A stretch of DNA of 32,000 nt from Trichodesmium erythraeum IMS101 (lineage in GTDB: Bacteria > Cyanobacteriota > Cyanobacteriia > Cyanobacteriales > Microcoleaceae), in NCBI RefSeq assembly GCF_000014265.1, contig NC_008312.1:3480001-3512000 (forward strand), given 5' to 3'. The notes beneath the pieces were generated by a model, which was not told the origin of the DNA, made no database searches, and worked only from the letters and a program-made list of their open reading frames with translations. The translations under genes and the position numbers were made by a program. Below are positions 27,804-32,000 of this stretch, in pieces; within the stretch, counting starts at the first letter, position 1, and each line of letters begins with the position of its first letter.

Positions 27804-30800
27804 GTGTCTAAAGTTGCTACTAAAAATATTACATTCTGGAATACTACTGGTTATAATTATCCAGGATTTGGCAAAACCGTAGAAGTCCCTGATGGCCTAG
27901 GTGGCACAATAAGTATTACTTATAATCAAATTGATTATAATGACCGTAACTGGAAAGCCAAACCAGATGGCAGTGTTCCTGTGACAGAAAATCGCTTCCT
28001 CTCAGGAGAAGTAGGGAATAATTTTAGCTTAACAGGCCAAGTACAAGGCATAACTGCTACTATGCCTCTTATAAGAACTCTAGGAGCTGAAAATAACTAT
28101 TCTGTCACTTTAGATTTTAGTAAATACAAAGCCTCCGCAGGAGGTTCAAAAGCAACTGATGGTGCAACCTCTGGTGACACCTATTTAGCCATATCAAGAT
28201 TTTTTAACGGTAGCAAAACTGGATATACAACCATTAAAGTCACTGCAAGAACTCTCGATGGTAGCGAACTTAACCTAGGTGATTGGAAATTATTCAACAG
28301 TGGAACTCTCGGCCAAGGCAATAATGCTCGGATATTCTTAAATGCAGCTACTCAAATTCTTTCTGGTAAAAACTCTCAAGGCAAACCAGAATTCTGCCCA
28401 ACTCCACCTAACCCAAACTCTTCTCTTGGTAAAGGCACAGGGCTAGGTTTATTTGAGTTAGCAAGTAATCAACGTTATGTATCTATTACTCTTAGCTTTA
28501 AACAAAAAAAAATTACAGGTTCTTTGCCTAATGATTTACACGATATTTATGTTGCTAGCAATACTAGTTCTACAAGTCCAATTGATGTAACTCCTCCACC
28601 GATGGATATAAATCGTGGTTTACAAGTACATTTGCCATTGAATGAAATAGTCAAAAATGCCGAATCAAAAAAAGAAGTAGTTGATATTTCAGGAGCTCAA
28701 GTTAATGGCAAAGTTAATGGTGCAAAAGTTGTCGCCGACTCAAAATTTGGTCATTGTCTAAGTTTTGATGGGGTGGATGACTATCTTGAACTACCAACAG
28801 CAACTATTCCTCAAACAGGGGCAATCACAATTAGTTTTTGGGCTAATGGTGATAACTCTTTACCCAAGGATAATTCCATAATAGCTGCATACGACCAAAG
28901 TAATAACAGGGTGATTAATATTCATTTACCTTGGAATAATAGTTACATTTACTTTGATTGTGGAAATACGGGAAACAGTTATGACAGAATAGAAAAATTA
29001 GCTAAAGCTGCTGATTTTAAAGGGAAATGGACTCACTGGGTATTTACGAAGAATGTTACCACTGGAGAGATGAAGATATATCTCAATGGTGCTTTATGGA
29101 GTAGTGGTAAGGATAAGAGTAAGCAAATAAGTGGCATGACCCTGGTGAAGCTTGGTTCTGGTTATGGATTTTATCATGGTCAAGTTGCTCATCTGCGAAT
29201 TTATGACCGAGTGTTGTCTGCAGAAGAAATTAACGAATGTATGAAGGTGGATGTAACTCCTCCACCGATGGATATAAATCGTGGTTTACAAGTACATTTG
29301 CCATTGAATGAAATAGTCAAAAATGCCAAATCAAAAAAAGAAGTAGTTGATATTTCAGGAGCCCAACTCAATGGCAAAGTTAATGGTGCAAAAGTTGTCG
29401 CCGACTCAAAATTTGGTCATTGTCTAAGTTTTGATGGGGTGGATGACTATCTTGAACTACCAACAGCAACTATTCCTCAAACAGGGGCAATCACAATTAG
29501 TTTTTGGGCTAATGGTGATAACTCTTTACCCAAGGATAATTCCATAATAGCTGCATACGACCAAAGTAATAACAGGGTGATTAATATTCATTTACCTTGG
29601 AATAATAGTTACATTTACTTTGATTGTGGAAATACGGGAAACAGTTATGACAGAATAGAAAAATTAGCTAAAGCTGCTGATTTTAAAGGGAAATGGACTC
29701 ACTGGGTATTTACGAAGAATGTTACCACTGGAGAGATGAAGATATATCTCAATGGTGCTTTATGGAGTAGTGGTAAGGATAAGAGTAAGCAAATAAGTGG
29801 CATGACCCTGGTGAAGCTTGGTTCTGGTTATGGATTTTATCATGGTCAAGTTGCTCATCTGCGAATTTATGACCGAGTGTTGTCTGCAGAAGAAATTAAC
29901 GAATGTATGAAGGTGGATGTAACTCCTCCACCGATGGATATAAATCGTGGTTTACAAGTACATTTGCCATTGAATGAAATAGTCAAAAATGCCAAATCAA
30001 AAAAAGAAGTAGTTGATATTTCAGGAGCCCAACTCAATGGCAAAGTTAATGGTGCAAAAGTTGTCGCCGACTCAAAATTTGGTCATTGTCTAAGTTTTGA
30101 TGGGGCGGATGACTATCTTGAACTACCAACAGCAACTATTCCTCAAACAGGGGCAATCACAATTAGTTTTTGGGCTAATGGTGATAACTCTTTACCCAAG
30201 GATAATTCCATAATAGCTGCATACGACCAAAGTAATAACAGGGTGATTAATATTCATTTACCTTGGAATAATAGTTACATTTACTTTGATTGTGGAAATA
30301 CGGGAAACAGTTATGACAGAATAGAAAAATTAGCTAAAGCTGCTGATTTTAAAGGGAAATGGACTCACTGGGTATTTACGAAGAATGTTACCACTGGAGA
30401 GATGAAGATATATCTCAATGGTGCTTTATGGAGTAGTGGTAAGGATAAGAGTAAGCAAATAAGTGGCATGACCCTGGTGAAGCTTGGTTCTGGTTATGGA
30501 TTTTATCATGGTCAAGTTGCTCATCTGCGAATTTATGACCGAGTGTTGTCTACAGAAGAAATTAACGAATGTATGAAGGTGGATGGTACCGATGCCACAT
30601 CAACTACTGATGAGACTGATACCATATCAACTAATGATGTTACTGATGTCACCCCAACTACTGATGGTACTGATACCACATCAACTACTGATGGGACTGA
30701 TACCACACCAACTACTGGTGGGACTGACACCACACCAACTACTAGTGAGACTGATACCACACCAACTACTGATGGGACTGATACCACATTAACTACTGAT

Positions 30801-31928
30801 AGGACTGGTACCACATCAACTACTGATATTACTGATGCCACATCAACTACTGATGGGACTGGTACCACATCAACTACTGATGGAACTGATACCACACCAA
30901 CTACTGATGGAACTGATACCACATTAACTACTGGTGGTAATGATACCACATCAACTAATGATGTTACTGATGCCACATCAACTACTGATGGGACTGGTAC
31001 CACATCAACTACTGGTGGTAATGATACCGCATCAACTAATGATGTTACTGTTACCACACCAACTACTGATGGGACTGATACCACATTAACTACTGATGGG
31101 ACTGTTACCACACCAACTACTGATGGGACTGGTACCACATCAACTACTGATGGGACTGTTACCACATCAACTACTGGTGGGACTGATACCACACCAACTA
31201 CTGATGGGACTGATACCACACTAACTACTGATGGGACTGATACCACATTAACTACTGATAGGACTGGTACCACATCAACTACTGATATTACTGATGCCAC
31301 ATCAACTACTGATGGGACTGGTAACACATCAACTACTGATGGGACTGGTACCACATCAACTACTGATGGAACTGATACCACATTAACTACTGGTGGTAAT
31401 GATACCACATCAACTACTGGTGGTAATGATACCACATCAACTACTGGTGGTAATGATACCGCATCAACTACTGGTGGTAATGATACCACACCAACTACTG
31501 ATGGTACTGATACCACATCAACTACTGGTGGGACTGATACCATATCAACTACTGATGGTACTGATACCACATTAACTACTGGTGGTAATGATACCACATC
31601 AACTAGTGATGTTACTGATGCCACATCAACTACTGATAGTACTGATACAACCCAAAAACCTATGGAATATCAGATTTATCAGGTAAAAGGTAATCCCACA
31701 ATTAAAACCGGATATCAAGGATCAGAATGGACTGCAGTTATTGCTGGATTTAATTGCGGAGCAAAGAAGAAACACAAAGCAACAGCATTCACTATCATGC
31801 CTGTTCTAGATGATGGAGAATGGAAAATTAAGTGCGATATTAAGGATGTAGATGATCGCTATTGGGATGTAGCAGTTCTATTTATCAGGAACAACATGGT
31901 AAATATGTTAAACCATTTTCACCGTTAA
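27804..31928 (+). CDS. Large repetitive protein (1374 aa): unknown N-terminal domain, three LamG/ConA-like (Laminin_G_3-type) domains, a Thr-rich nonapeptide stalk, and an unknown C-terminal domain
   Basis: The GTG start at 27804 has a GGAG at 27791-27794. The LamG signature recurs three times: CLSFDG.DDYLELP, ITISFWANGD, KWTHWVFTKN, MKIYLNGAL and GQVAHLRIYDRVLSAEEI. I see no obvious N-terminal signal peptide. Confidence 0.9.
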   Translation: MSKVATKNITFWNTTGYNYPGFGKTVEVPDGLGGTISITYNQIDYNDRNWKAKPDGSVPVTENRFLSGEVGNNFSLTGQVQGITATMPLIRTLGAENNYSVTLDFSKYKASAGGSKATDGATSGDTYLAISRFFNGSKTGYTTIKVTARTLDGSELNLGDWKLFNSGTLGQGNNARIFLNAATQILSGKNSQGKPEFCPTPPNPNSSLGKGTGLGLFELASNQRYVSITLSFKQKKITGSLPNDLHDIYVASNTSSTSPIDVTPPPMDINRGLQVHLPLNEIVKNAESKKEVVDISGAQVNGKVNGAKVVADSKFGHCLSFDGVDDYLELPTATIPQTGAITISFWANGDNSLPKDNSIIAAYDQSNNRVINIHLPWNNSYIYFDCGNTGNSYDRIEKLAKAADFKGKWTHWVFTKNVTTGEMKIYLNGALWSSGKDKSKQISGMTLVKLGSGYGFYHGQVAHLRIYDRVLSAEEINECMKVDVTPPPMDINRGLQVHLPLNEIVKNAKSKKEVVDISGAQLNGKVNGAKVVADSKFGHCLSFDGVDDYLELPTATIPQTGAITISFWANGDNSLPKDNSIIAAYDQSNNRVINIHLPWNNSYIYFDCGNTGNSYDRIEKLAKAADFKGKWTHWVFTKNVTTGEMKIYLNGALWSSGKDKSKQISGMTLVKLGSGYGFYHGQVAHLRIYDRVLSAEEINECMKVDVTPPPMDINRGLQVHLPLNEIVKNAKSKKEVVDISGAQLNGKVNGAKVVADSKFGHCLSFDGADDYLELPTATIPQTGAITISFWANGDNSLPKDNSIIAAYDQSNNRVINIHLPWNNSYIYFDCGNTGNSYDRIEKLAKAADFKGKWTHWVFTKNVTTGEMKIYLNGALWSSGKDKSKQISGMTLVKLGSGYGFYHGQVAHLRIYDRVLSTEEINECMKVDGTDATSTTDETDTISTNDVTDVTPTTDGTDTTSTTDGTDTTPTTGGTDTTPTTSETDTTPTTDGTDTTLTTDRTGTTSTTDITDATSTTDGTGTTSTTDGTDTTPTTDGTDTTLTTGGNDTTSTNDVTDATSTTDGTGTTSTTGGNDTASTNDVTVTTPTTDGTDTTLTTDGTVTTPTTDGTGTTSTTDGTVTTSTTGGTDTTPTTDGTDTTLTTDGTDTTLTTDRTGTTSTTDITDATSTTDGTGNTSTTDGTGTTSTTDGTDTTLTTGGNDTTSTTGGNDTTSTTGGNDTASTTGGNDTTPTTDGTDTTSTTGGTDTISTTDGTDTTLTTGGNDTTSTSDVTDATSTTDSTDTTQKPMEYQIYQVKGNPTIKTGYQGSEWTAVIAGFNCGAKKKHKATAFTIMPVLDDGEWKIKCDIKDVDDRYWDVAVLFIRNNMVNMLNHFHR
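28584..30581 (+). repeat. Three tandem 666-bp (222-codon) repeats, each encoding one LamG-type domain, more than 99% identical
   Basis: Unit starts (GATGTAACTCCTCCACCG) are at 28584, 29250 and 29916. The only protein differences are E/K, V/L, V/A and A/T. Confidence 0.95.
30583..31652 (+). repeat. About 40 tandem 27-bp repeats encoding the Thr-rich nonapeptide T-T-[STPL]-T-T-[DG]-G-T-[DG]
   Basis: The unit is of the type ACCACATCAACTACTGATGGGACTGAT. A block of 17 units (459 bp) is duplicated: GATAGGACTGG occurs at 30798 and again at 31257. Confidence 0.95.
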
Positions 31929-31966
31929 ATAGCTGTAACTTAAAACCGTATTTGATAGATTTTTTA

Positions 31967-31998
31967 AGGGTAGTTTTTTATAGCTACCCTGTTTTTTG
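31967..31998 (+). terminator. Rho-independent terminator of the large repetitive gene
   Basis: A 7-bp stem pairs AGGGTAG (31967-31973) with CTACCCT (31984-31990) around a 10-nt loop, followed by GTTTTTTG. Confidence 0.7.
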
Positions 31999-32000
31999 TA

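Noticed and set aside
30533-31624. 363-aa minus-strand Val/Ser/Pro-rich ORF and two ~60-70-aa plus-strand ORFs (30583..30792, 31393..31575)
   Set aside because: These are alternative-frame or antisense read-throughs of the 27-bp repeat array. Periodic repeats lack stops in several frames. The LamG-containing frame is the only one with real domains on both sides.
1-32000. Search for tRNA, rRNA, tmRNA, RNase P or transposase/integrase genes that would mark island borders
   Set aside because: I recognised no T-arm (GTTCGAATC-like) or cloverleaf candidates, no rRNA-like segments and no transposase-like ORFs by eye. Absence by manual inspection is not proof, and a tRNAscan/Infernal run would settle it.

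Overview
This is an AT-rich cyanobacterial chromosome segment. It carries 13 perfect HIP1 octamers (GCGATCGC) and cyanobacteria-typical genes: a HEAT-repeat phycobilin-lyase-like protein and DUF1995-like and DUF4330-like proteins. Roughly one third of the window has no ORF of 60 aa or more. That pattern is best known from Trichodesmium, but I cannot confirm the species. The middle (about 5.9-27.3 kb) is ordinary housekeeping: asnS, leuA, a TrmH-type methyltransferase, an M48 protease, a PPP-type phosphatase, a CBS-pair protein, a thioredoxin-like 2Fe-2S ferredoxin, an alpha/beta hydrolase, an RsbW-like kinase, a SAM methyltransferase and an EgtC-like amidotransferase. These genes are separated by long ORF-free tracts that hold several small repeat families. 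Two accessory loci sit at the ends, and neither contains a HIP1 site. The left end (1-4160, minus strand) is the most interesting part. It runs from a 311-aa unknown protein into a CHAT (caspase-fold) protease with an intact His/Cys dyad and a separate helical C-terminal module of about 80 aa. Five free-standing genes follow at exact 287-bp spacing, each essentially that module alone. A diverged seventh copy forms the N-terminus of an ORF that leaves the window. Almost all differences between copies fall in one 4-codon loop patch. I read this as a death/CARD/EAD-like adaptor system with an amplified adaptor-only gene array, which to my knowledge has not been described in bacteria. The right end (27804-31928) is a 1374-aa protein starting at a GTG codon. 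It has three LamG-type domains encoded by 666-bp repeats that are more than 99% identical, about 40 Thr-rich nonapeptide (27-bp) repeats, and uncharacterised N- and C-terminal domains. I recognised no rRNA, tRNA, CRISPR array or transposase gene.
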